Below, one piece after another: positions 37,151 through 45,548 of a stretch of 58,146 nucleotides of DNA; the stretch's first letter is position 1; the number at the start of each line of letters is the position of its first letter. The position numbers were made by a program, and so were the translations under genes. This DNA is from a virus. Lineage: Duplodnaviria; Caudoviricetes. Under the pieces are notes generated by a model. The model was not told the DNA's origin. It saw nothing but the letters and a program-made list of their open reading frames with translations, and made no database searches. Location: IMG/VR virus record IMGVR_UViG_3300030102_005682, positions 1 to 58,146 of that record; one strand, 5' to 3'.

Positions 37151-38977
37151 ATGCCATTAGTAAATTTTAGACCAGCACCAGGAATCAATAAGGAAGTCAC
37201 TGATTATACAGGTCAGGGCAAGTGGACTGATGGAGATATGGTGCGTTTTTTTCAAGGATCTGCACAAAAAATCAAAGGATGGGAGAAATTTCTTAGCACG
37301 ACTTTAGTGGGTGTTGCTAGAGATATGCACGCTTGGGTAGCATTAGATGGCACAAGGTATAACGCCATAGGAACAGACAGAAAGCTCTATGTCATAGAAG
37401 AGGGACTGGCATCAGATATAACACCTCTAAGAAGAACGCAAGCAAGAACAAACCCTTTCACAACAAATGCAACAACTTCTGTTTTAGTTTCAGATGCAGG
37501 TCATGAGGCTGTAGCAGGTAGTTTTGTTACGTTTGATTCATTTAGTGCTATTGATGGTTTAGATATGAACAAAGAGTTTGAAGTTACATCTGTTGTTAAC
37601 ACAGCTGCCTATGTTGTAACACACACTAGTGCCGCATCAGGCTCCACTTCAGGCGGTGGTGGAACAGGTAATATGAAATATCAAATCAATCCAGGTCCTG
37701 AGTTTTCTACTCCTGCTTTTGGATGGGGAACAGATGGTTATGGAGCAGGAGGTTGGGGATCTCCTTCCACAACATCTAATGTTACTCTAGAGGCCAGGAA
37801 CTGGTCACTTGATAACTTTGGTGAGGATCTTATTGCAACCGCTCTTAATGGTGGAGCTTTTAAATGGGATACATCAGCAGGTGTATCTACTAGATGTGTG
37901 GCTATTACTAACGCTCCAACTAAATCTAGAATAAGTTTAGTATCCACACCTGACAGGCATTTATTATTTATGGGCACACAACCGACTATCGGTGGTCTTA
38001 ATCCACAAGATGATTTGTTAATTAGATTCTCAAGTCAAGAAGACATTGAAACCTATCAACCGACAGCAGAAAATACTGCGGGTTCTTTAAGAATTGCTGA
38101 TGGATCACGGATCGTGGCAGCAGAACGATCAAGAGGTCAGATACTTGTTTGGACAGACACCTCATTACACTCTTTACAATTTATTGGTCCTCCTTTTACT
38201 TTTGGTTTAAGACAATTAGGTCAAAACTGTGGAATAGTAGGAAGTCATGCGGGTGTAGATATTAATGGTGTCAGTTATTGGATGTCACAGGATTCTTTCT
38301 TCTTATTTGATGGTTCGGTTAAGAAGCTACCGTGCACCGTGGAACAATTCATTTTTAATAATCTTAACGTTACTGGAGCAGAAAATGCCATCGCAGGACA
38401 CAACGGTGAATTTAACGAGATAATGTGGTTTTATCCTAGAACAGGCTCAGATCAAATAAACGCAATCGTAGCTTACAATTACTTAGAACAAACATGGTGG
38501 ACAGGAACACTATCAAGAACCACTTGGATAGATAGAGAAGTTTATGATAACCCTGTGGCTACCGAATATTCAAGCACAACTACAGCAAACAACGAAGTAA
38601 TTTTAGGTTTGACTGATGGTGCTACACAAGTGTTCTCACATGAGATTGGCACTAATGCTGACGGTGCTGCCATAACAGCCTTTGTAAAGTCAGGAGTTGT
38701 ACAGATCGGTGAGGGTAATGATTTTGCTTTTGTATCAAAATTAATACCTGATATTGAGGATCAAGAAGGCACATTGAATGCAAAGCTTGAATTTAAGAAT
38801 TATCCAAACAACAGTACAAGTGTAACAAAAACAGTTTCGTTTCAAGACAATACAGACTTTGTAAGTCTTCGTGGCAGAGGTAGAGAGTTTACTGTAAACG
38901 TAGTTTCTAACACGACAGGAACAGCGTGGAGATTAGGAACACAACGTTTTGACATACAGCCAGATGGTAGAAGATAA
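37151..38977 (+). CDS. Tail nozzle/stabilisation protein (podovirus-type)
   Basis: 608-aa beta-rich protein ending DIQPDGRR; precedes the ejection-protein block. Confidence 0.65.
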   Translation: MPLVNFRPAPGINKEVTDYTGQGKWTDGDMVRFFQGSAQKIKGWEKFLSTTLVGVARDMHAWVALDGTRYNAIGTDRKLYVIEEGLASDITPLRRTQARTNPFTTNATTSVLVSDAGHEAVAGSFVTFDSFSAIDGLDMNKEFEVTSVVNTAAYVVTHTSAASGSTSGGGGTGNMKYQINPGPEFSTPAFGWGTDGYGAGGWGSPSTTSNVTLEARNWSLDNFGEDLIATALNGGAFKWDTSAGVSTRCVAITNAPTKSRISLVSTPDRHLLFMGTQPTIGGLNPQDDLLIRFSSQEDIETYQPTAENTAGSLRIADGSRIVAAERSRGQILVWTDTSLHSLQFIGPPFTFGLRQLGQNCGIVGSHAGVDINGVSYWMSQDSFFLFDGSVKKLPCTVEQFIFNNLNVTGAENAIAGHNGEFNEIMWFYPRTGSDQINAIVAYNYLEQTWWTGTLSRTTWIDREVYDNPVATEYSSTTTANNEVILGLTDGATQVFSHEIGTNADGAAITAFVKSGVVQIGEGNDFAFVSKLIPDIEDQEGTLNAKLEFKNYPNNSTSVTKTVSFQDNTDFVSLRGRGREFTVNVVSNTTGTAWRLGTQRFDIQPDGRR

Positions 38978-39111
38978 TGGCGCAACGTAAAAACGCTAAG
39001 TATTTAAGTGTTGTAGCAGGCGTGCCAGTTGGTATGATTAACAATGCTATTAAAGAAATAGCTAAAACACGTAAAGTGTTAAAGAAAAAAAGAGTTGGTA
39101 AAAAAAGATAA
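38977..39111 (+). CDS. 44-aa basic peptide
   Basis: TAATG coupling at both ends. Confidence 0.5.
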   Translation: MAQRKNAKYLSVVAGVPVGMINNAIKEIAKTRKVLKKKRVGKKR

Positions 39112-39284
39112 TGGCTAAATTAACGATAACTAGATTTCCCGATCCTAGACCTGAATACGATGCACAACAGTCTGCTGAGTTGATAAGACAATTGGAGGAT
39201 CTTATCCAACAGCTAAATAGTTCTTACACTCAAGACACACAAGAGGAGTCAACAAGAAGGAGTTGGTTTTTAAGTAATGGCTGA
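39111..39284 (+). CDS. 57-aa hypothetical protein
   Basis: MAKLTITRFPDPRPEYD...; coupled to neighbours. Confidence 0.6.
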   Translation: MAKLTITRFPDPRPEYDAQQSAELIRQLEDLIQQLNSSYTQDTQEESTRRSWFLSNG

Positions 39285-39633
39285 CGTATTTAGAAGATTT
39301 ATAACAAATGTTACAACTACAGATTTAACGACTGTTTTTACTGTGCCAACTGCTAATGTTGCAGCTACGCCTCCAGTTCCTGTTTCGACATTTATAGTAA
39401 AAACTATAAATGTTCATAACTATGATGGGTCCTCGTCCGTAACTTTAGATATAGATCATAATGATGGTAGCTCTGACTTACAAATATTTCAGGTTGACGT
39501 ATCCGCTACAAATACAAACACCATTAGTACAAGCATGGTGTATGAAGAAGGAGACGCTATGAAAGTGCAGGCTAATGCAGCATCAAGAGCAATGATAGAA
39601 GTATCAGTGTTGGAGGTAAAACAACAACTGTAA
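39277..39633 (+). CDS. Small beta-rich structural protein
   Basis: AAGGAG upstream; operon context. Confidence 0.65.
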   Translation: MADVFRRFITNVTTTDLTTVFTVPTANVAATPPVPVSTFIVKTINVHNYDGSSSVTLDIDHNDGSSDLQIFQVDVSATNTNTISTSMVYEEGDAMKVQANAASRAMIEVSVLEVKQQL

Positions 39634-40223
39634 TGTACGTTTTAGGTAAATTACCACAAGAAATAATTACTAAACTAGATGAGATTGTAAGTAAGAAACA
39701 TACAGTCAAAGCAAATTACGACTTAGCGGGAAACATAAAAAAAGAATTTATGATACCTGATGCAAAACCATATGTATGGCCTATGCTTGATGCTCTAATA
39801 AAAGAGTGGAAAGATAGATATCCTCATGAGTTTGCGTATATAGGTAGCATGTCAAACTCAAAAGAATTTAAATTAAGACTTTTCAACACTTGGGTTAATT
39901 TTCAAGAAAAATATGAATTTAATCCTATACATACTCATGATGGTATATTTAGTTTTGTTATTTGGCATAAGGTGCCATTCACTAAAAAAGATGAATATGC
40001 TAGGTTTCCTAACATGAAAGAAGACCAAATAAAAGCAGGACACTTTGCTTTTGTGATGACTGATCAAATGGGAGGTATAAAACAACACGACATTTGTGTT
40101 GATAAAGAGTGGGAGGGTAAGATAGCTTTATTTCCTGCAAAATTAAATCATCTCGTTTACCCTTTTTATACTTCTGATGAGCCTAGAATATCTATATCTG
40201 GTAACATAGGCTTCGCTACTTAA
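39633..40223 (+). CDS. 2OG-Fe(II) oxygenase
   Basis: FNPIHTHDG..SFV, FPAKLNHLVYPF, RISISGN. Confidence 0.85.
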   Translation: MYVLGKLPQEIITKLDEIVSKKHTVKANYDLAGNIKKEFMIPDAKPYVWPMLDALIKEWKDRYPHEFAYIGSMSNSKEFKLRLFNTWVNFQEKYEFNPIHTHDGIFSFVIWHKVPFTKKDEYARFPNMKEDQIKAGHFAFVMTDQMGGIKQHDICVDKEWEGKIALFPAKLNHLVYPFYTSDEPRISISGNIGFAT

Positions 40224-40261
40224 CTGTTGATTTCATAGCTTTTCGCCTATAAAACTATACT

Positions 40262-40513
40262 ATGGCGAAAATTGTAGATGAACCCGTTCTATTACGTCAT
40301 GACGTAATTGACGGTAAAAAAGTTCCTGTTTACAGTGCAAAGGTAGAAACAACAGTAACCAACACTAAAACAGGCAAAGAGTATAGTTCACATGAGGAGT
40401 GTCAGGCAGATATTGACGATCCTAATACAGAAACAAAAGAAGAAGACATTAGAAGAGATGTCAACGTAATAGCTCCTAACTTATTTAGTGGAGCAGCTAC
40501 AGGCGAGGAATAA
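40262..40513 (+). CDS. Hypothetical protein
   Basis: 83 aa; TNTKTGKEY motif. Confidence 0.7.
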   Translation: MAKIVDEPVLLRHDVIDGKKVPVYSAKVETTVTNTKTGKEYSSHEECQADIDDPNTETKEEDIRRDVNVIAPNLFSGAATGEE

Positions 40514-40515
40514 AA

Positions 40516-41973
40516 ATGTTAAAAAACTTTATCAAAGGTATTAAAGAAGCCTTACCTGCCGTAGGCGGTATTATTGGTTACAGCGTTGCTGGACCACTTG
40601 GTGCTGGTATTGGTTCAGGTATTGGTTCTTTAGCTGCTGGTAAAGAAGCTGACGATGCTTTTAGAGATGCCCTTGTAGGTGGAGCGATAGGTTATGGCGG
40701 TCAAACATTCTTTGGTAGAGACCCGTCTAGAAATACTTTAGGTCTAGGATCTTTCTTTAGAGAAGGTAAAATACCTGGAGTAAGTAATATCATAACACCG
40801 TTCAGTCAAAGAGGAACTGAATCTACTCTTGCAAAGATGGCTAGTCTAACTGCCCCAAAAGCAAAAGTCGGTGCAACAACAATGTCTGTTGATGATTTTA
40901 TAGCTCAAAGAGTTGCTGAAGTGGGTTCAACTGATCCTGAGGTATTAGAATATGCTAAGGACGAGGCGATAAAAGATTTTTACGGTCAAAAAGATAAGTT
41001 TGATGTTAGTGACTTTTTTGTAAACAACGCAGGATATATTATTCCTGCTGCAATCGTAGCAGGTGCTACTGGAGGCTTCGATGAAAAGACAGAAACTTTA
41101 GATCTGCCTATGATAGAAGCAGGTAGTCAAGGAGCATTGCCCACGGGTCTTGCAACATTAATCAATCCTATGATGAACCCTGACGGAACATATACTTATA
41201 ATGTTAATCAAGGTGGTATCATGACTGCTAAAGAAGGTAAGCAAGCTAAGAAGTTTGTAGTAGGTCCAGATGATCTTGAAGAGTTTTTAAATGATTCAAG
41301 TAGGTTTATTCAAACTTCTCCTAATGCCCCTAAAATTTATGATAGAGACCAAAAATTTAAGATTCTTGAAAAGCTAGGTGTTGTAGGTAGAGCCAAAGAC
41401 GGTGGTATCATGAATGCTGCAGAAGGTACGCAGGCTAAGTCCCCTGTAGTTCCTAGATTTAATGAAACTTATGAAGAATTTCAACAAAGAAAACAAGAGG
41501 CTGAGGGTGGTTTAACTGATAGGCAAAAAGAACTTCTTAAAATGTTGGAAGAACAGCGTATGCAAGAGATACTTGAAATGATGCAAAATGAAAAATTTAA
41601 AATGGATCAGTTTCAAAACCCTAAGATTATTCCTACTGGTCCAGGAAAAGGTGTTCTAACAATAGGAGCTGCAGAGGGTATGATGATGGACGGCAGTATA
41701 AGTAATTTTCAAATGAATAGTCCAAGAAGAGATTTATTTTTAGAGAGAGAAGGTCCGATATCCGATGACCGTGGATCACCGGACAAGGACACTGTTTACG
41801 CAAAACTAGCTGACGGAGAGTTTGTAGTTAATGCTGACACGGTGGCTGATATAGGTTATGGTATGGGTGCAAAAAGTTTAGATCAGGCAAAAGAAATGGG
41901 TGGATCTTTCTTTTACGGATTACAAGATGCACAGAAAAAAGGTATATTAGGTAACATGGTAGGTAGGGCGTAA
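40516..41973 (+). CDS. Putative internal virion/ejection protein
   Basis: Gly-zipper N-terminus, repeated GGIM..A.EG, LADGEFVVNA. Confidence 0.65.
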   Translation: MLKNFIKGIKEALPAVGGIIGYSVAGPLGAGIGSGIGSLAAGKEADDAFRDALVGGAIGYGGQTFFGRDPSRNTLGLGSFFREGKIPGVSNIITPFSQRGTESTLAKMASLTAPKAKVGATTMSVDDFIAQRVAEVGSTDPEVLEYAKDEAIKDFYGQKDKFDVSDFFVNNAGYIIPAAIVAGATGGFDEKTETLDLPMIEAGSQGALPTGLATLINPMMNPDGTYTYNVNQGGIMTAKEGKQAKKFVVGPDDLEEFLNDSSRFIQTSPNAPKIYDRDQKFKILEKLGVVGRAKDGGIMNAAEGTQAKSPVVPRFNETYEEFQQRKQEAEGGLTDRQKELLKMLEEQRMQEILEMMQNEKFKMDQFQNPKIIPTGPGKGVLTIGAAEGMMMDGSISNFQMNSPRRDLFLEREGPISDDRGSPDKDTVYAKLADGEFVVNADTVADIGYGMGAKSLDQAKEMGGSFFYGLQDAQKKGILGNMVGRA

Positions 41974-42875
41974 TGGCGGTTCAAGAACAATTAATTAGAC
42001 AACCACAGTTTATAGAACAAAGAACAGAGCAACTTCTCGAGTCTGTGTTTGGTCCTCAAGGTGTTGCAAATACTGCAATGACAGTGCCCACTGCTCAAGT
42101 GGCACAATTTACAGCGCCTCAACAAACAGCAGCTAATTTAGCTACAGCAGGTGTCGGTTCTTATTCACCTTTCTTACAAGCAGCGGCTAACACACAGGTT
42201 ATGGCAGCTAATACTGCGTTAGGTGCTACTCAAATGTATGACCCTAATATTACGTCACAGTTTATGAATCCGTATCAGCAACAGGTTACACAACAAGCCT
42301 TGGCTGAGATGGACAGACAAGCCGCTATCGCACAAAATCAAGCAGCTGCTCAGGCTGTAGGCGCTGGAGCGTTTGGTGGTGGTCGTGAGGGTGTTGTTCA
42401 AGCAGAACTTGCTAGAAACTTACAAGATATAAAAACAAGAAGAATATTTGAAGATCAATCAAGAAATTTTTTACAAGCACAACAAGCTGGATTAGCTGCA
42501 CAACAAGCTCAGCAAGCAAGACAATTACAAGCTGCAGGTATATTAGGTGGTGTAGGAGCACAACAATTAGGATTAGGTCAGTTTGCTCAACAGGGATTAC
42601 AAGGCGATATCAGTCAATTGTTAGGTATTGGCGGAATGCAACAAGCACAAGATCAAGCACAGTTAGATGTTGCACGTCAAAACGTATTAGAGGCTCAAAG
42701 AGAGCCTTTTGGTAGAATACAGTTTGCTTCTGACATATTAAGAGGAGTTCCTTCGGGTCAACAAGTCTTCACAACACAGCCGTCTCCTTCACCATTATCT
42801 CAATTACTAGGTGCTGGAGTTAGTTTAGCGGGTATCGGCTCGTTGTTTGGCGGTGGCTCAGGAATACAGTTGTGA
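41973..42875 (+). CDS. Putative DNA-ejection (pilot) protein
   Basis: Gln/Ala-rich; MNPYQQQV, GAFGGGR; Gly-rich hydrophobic C-terminus. Confidence 0.65.
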   Translation: MAVQEQLIRQPQFIEQRTEQLLESVFGPQGVANTAMTVPTAQVAQFTAPQQTAANLATAGVGSYSPFLQAAANTQVMAANTALGATQMYDPNITSQFMNPYQQQVTQQALAEMDRQAAIAQNQAAAQAVGAGAFGGGREGVVQAELARNLQDIKTRRIFEDQSRNFLQAQQAGLAAQQAQQARQLQAAGILGGVGAQQLGLGQFAQQGLQGDISQLLGIGGMQQAQDQAQLDVARQNVLEAQREPFGRIQFASDILRGVPSGQQVFTTQPSPSPLSQLLGAGVSLAGIGSLFGGGSGIQL

Positions 42876-42876
42876 T

Positions 42877-45546
42877 ATGGCAAATGATATACTTAAACGA
42901 AAAATGTTTGTCAGAGGGTTTCAACCCGGTGGCACTGTAGGCGGACCAGGATCTACAATAAATCAAATTATTGAAGGTAGCTTTCCTTTTCAAATGGGTC
43001 AGACTTTTGGCCAGGAGATGAAGCAAGGGTTTGAACCAGGTTATTTAGCTAACGTAGCTGGAGCAGGTATAGGTTCCGCTTATGAAAATTTAGCTAATAT
43101 TCAAAACTATTTTATTTCTCCTGTTCTTGATCTAGGTAAAAGGGGGCTAAACGAGTTAAGTACAGGTTTTTTAGGAACCGATAGAACAGAGTTTGCTCCA
43201 ACACCTAGAGTTGTAACGGGTAGTAACCCTTTTGGTTTACCCGTTAACATATTAAATGAAATAACTCCAAATACTTTTAACACATACTATCCACCAGGAA
43301 CTCAGGTTAGAATATCAAAAATAGCTGATATTTACGCTAAAGGCGGTGGAAGTTATCTTAGAAACGTATTAGGTGTTGACGCTGAAGAATTACGAGAAGC
43401 AGGTCTTCTAAAACTACCAAACACACCACCTCCAGGAACTGAGATGAGAATAGCTACTGCTAATGATATTTTAGATAGTGAAATGATTTTAGCTCAGGCA
43501 ACTGACACCACTAAGCCAAACGATCAGATTGAAGCTGAAACAAAAGCAACCATAGAGCAAACTGGCGGTGATGCCTCTGTCATGGAGGAAGTGATGGCGG
43601 AACGAGCCCGACAAGAACAGTTTTTAAGAGAGCCTGGTTCAGGTTATCAAGCAGGAGGAGATAACTCTGTTGCAAATATGGAGGCAGAGCAACAAAACAA
43701 ACAAGACAATCAAAACAAACAAGAAGAAGAATTTAACTTTGGCGCAGAGGTTGAGAAATTAAGAGAAGAATTAAAAAAAGTTACAGGTCCTGAAAATTCT
43801 CAAGATGCTGCCCTACTCTTATTAAAGTTAGGTTCAAACTTAATGAGTGGTAAAACATCTGAAAAGGGACTAACTGGTTTCTTAGATGTATTAGGCCAGG
43901 CTTCAGCTCCTGTTGTAGACACAGCGATTGCTTTAGCAGATAAAAGAAGAACTGAGGAAAGAGAGCTTGGTTTGACTGCTGCAGGTATTGTTGAAGATAG
44001 AAGACAAAAACAATTAGACAGAGAGTATAGTCTGTTGGAAGCACAAGCTAAGAACCTTGGTGAAATAGGAGACAATAGCTATGTGTATGAAATACAGTAT
44101 GACACGGACCCAAGCTCACCCACTTACGGTCAAAAAATAGCAGATACAAACATTGGTATGAGAATAGATAACCCAAATGATTTACTTGGTTATAAAAGAG
44201 CAAATATTGTTTTTGAAATACCACAACCTGACGGATCAACGATGATGGTAGAAAAACCAAGATATAATGTATTAGATACACCGCCATGGGAAATGAAATA
44301 CAATTTTGCTGGTTTGATGAACCCTGAGGGTGATAAATGGAACACCGATCAAACAAGGTTAGGTAGAATTGATAGTTCTATTGGTAAGATAGATCAAGTA
44401 TTGGCTATGTTTGGTGATGGTAATGAAATTGGTTTTTTCTACAATCCAAAGGCTGCGGTTTATACAATCGGAACAATATGGAATCAATTAGCTGGTAAGT
44501 ATCAGGAAGCGGGTAAAGAGTTACCTAATCTTAAGGCAGAAGAAGTAGAGATGGCATATAACCAAATAGCTAATGACCCTGACTTAGGAGAAGAAGAGAA
44601 AGCAATAGCTTTACAAAACTTAGAGCAAATAGTTACAGGTAAAGGTATCTTTGGTGACCAAAACTATTTTGGAAATAAGGATTTCATATCTTATCAAGAA
44701 GAATTAGCAAATTATCTTAACGCTGAATTGAATGACAAACTTGATGTGGCAGGAGGTTTTTCTATTAATGATTTAAGAATAGAGAGCACCACTGGTTATA
44801 TTGTAGGTCAGTTACCTGTCTTGGGTGATGATGCTCTGAAAGATATCAGAGCGATCAGAAACAAGGGTTATTCAGGAACATATTTCGATGTTAACTCAGG
44901 TCAAAATGTTCCTTACGATGGTGGAGAAACAATTGGTGAATTAGCCGATGATAAGTTTGATTATCTAAATGACACAGCAGAAAAGTTTGGATTAGTCTAT
45001 GACCCATCAACAAGAAGATTTGTACCTAGTTTTGATTCTGTTACCGCTCCAGGTGCTGATAGATCTATTACACTTAACTTAGCTGGCAAAGAAGTTGTCA
45101 TACCTTCAACAATCGCAGCTGTTGATATTTACGCAACAATTCTTGGTTTTGATTTTGCTAGATACATACAGCCTGAACAACGATTATTGAAAGATACGAT
45201 TCAATCTTCTGTCGGTAAGTTTGATTTAACTGGTCAGTTCTCTTCACCACAAGTTTTATTATCAAGGGTTAAAGGTTTTAAAAATCAATTAATTCAAGAA
45301 TACAATGAAATAATAAATCAAAACTTCTTACCTGCATATCGTCAAAGACATTTTTATAAACCAAGTGGTTATTTACCTACTACTACTTACGATTATTCAA
45401 ACCCTGAAATAAGATATGATGGACAAATAGAGTCAAGCGCCTCAGGTTCAAATGCAGCATCAGACCCTAGCAACTTATTGAAGTTCTATGATGTTGATGT
45501 AGAATTAAACTTAAATCCAGTAGAAGGGGCTGTATTACCTAATTAA
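42877..45546 (+). CDS. Large putative ejection protein
   Basis: ATG at 42877 after upstream stop; ILKRKMF...RGFQPGG N-terminus; position. Confidence 0.6.
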   Translation: MANDILKRKMFVRGFQPGGTVGGPGSTINQIIEGSFPFQMGQTFGQEMKQGFEPGYLANVAGAGIGSAYENLANIQNYFISPVLDLGKRGLNELSTGFLGTDRTEFAPTPRVVTGSNPFGLPVNILNEITPNTFNTYYPPGTQVRISKIADIYAKGGGSYLRNVLGVDAEELREAGLLKLPNTPPPGTEMRIATANDILDSEMILAQATDTTKPNDQIEAETKATIEQTGGDASVMEEVMAERARQEQFLREPGSGYQAGGDNSVANMEAEQQNKQDNQNKQEEEFNFGAEVEKLREELKKVTGPENSQDAALLLLKLGSNLMSGKTSEKGLTGFLDVLGQASAPVVDTAIALADKRRTEERELGLTAAGIVEDRRQKQLDREYSLLEAQAKNLGEIGDNSYVYEIQYDTDPSSPTYGQKIADTNIGMRIDNPNDLLGYKRANIVFEIPQPDGSTMMVEKPRYNVLDTPPWEMKYNFAGLMNPEGDKWNTDQTRLGRIDSSIGKIDQVLAMFGDGNEIGFFYNPKAAVYTIGTIWNQLAGKYQEAGKELPNLKAEEVEMAYNQIANDPDLGEEEKAIALQNLEQIVTGKGIFGDQNYFGNKDFISYQEELANYLNAELNDKLDVAGGFSINDLRIESTTGYIVGQLPVLGDDALKDIRAIRNKGYSGTYFDVNSGQNVPYDGGETIGELADDKFDYLNDTAEKFGLVYDPSTRRFVPSFDSVTAPGADRSITLNLAGKEVVIPSTIAAVDIYATILGFDFARYIQPEQRLLKDTIQSSVGKFDLTGQFSSPQVLLSRVKGFKNQLIQEYNEIINQNFLPAYRQRHFYKPSGYLPTTTYDYSNPEIRYDGQIESSASGSNAASDPSNLLKFYDVDVELNLNPVEGAVLPN

Positions 45547-45548
45547 CA

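Noticed and set aside
39493-39510. Possible self-target of array unit 4 (GT.GA.GT.TC.GG.AC versus GTT GAC GTA TCC GCT ACA)
   Set aside because: Only 11 of 12 informative bases match and the match stops there; this is within chance for a 58-kb genome and nine units.
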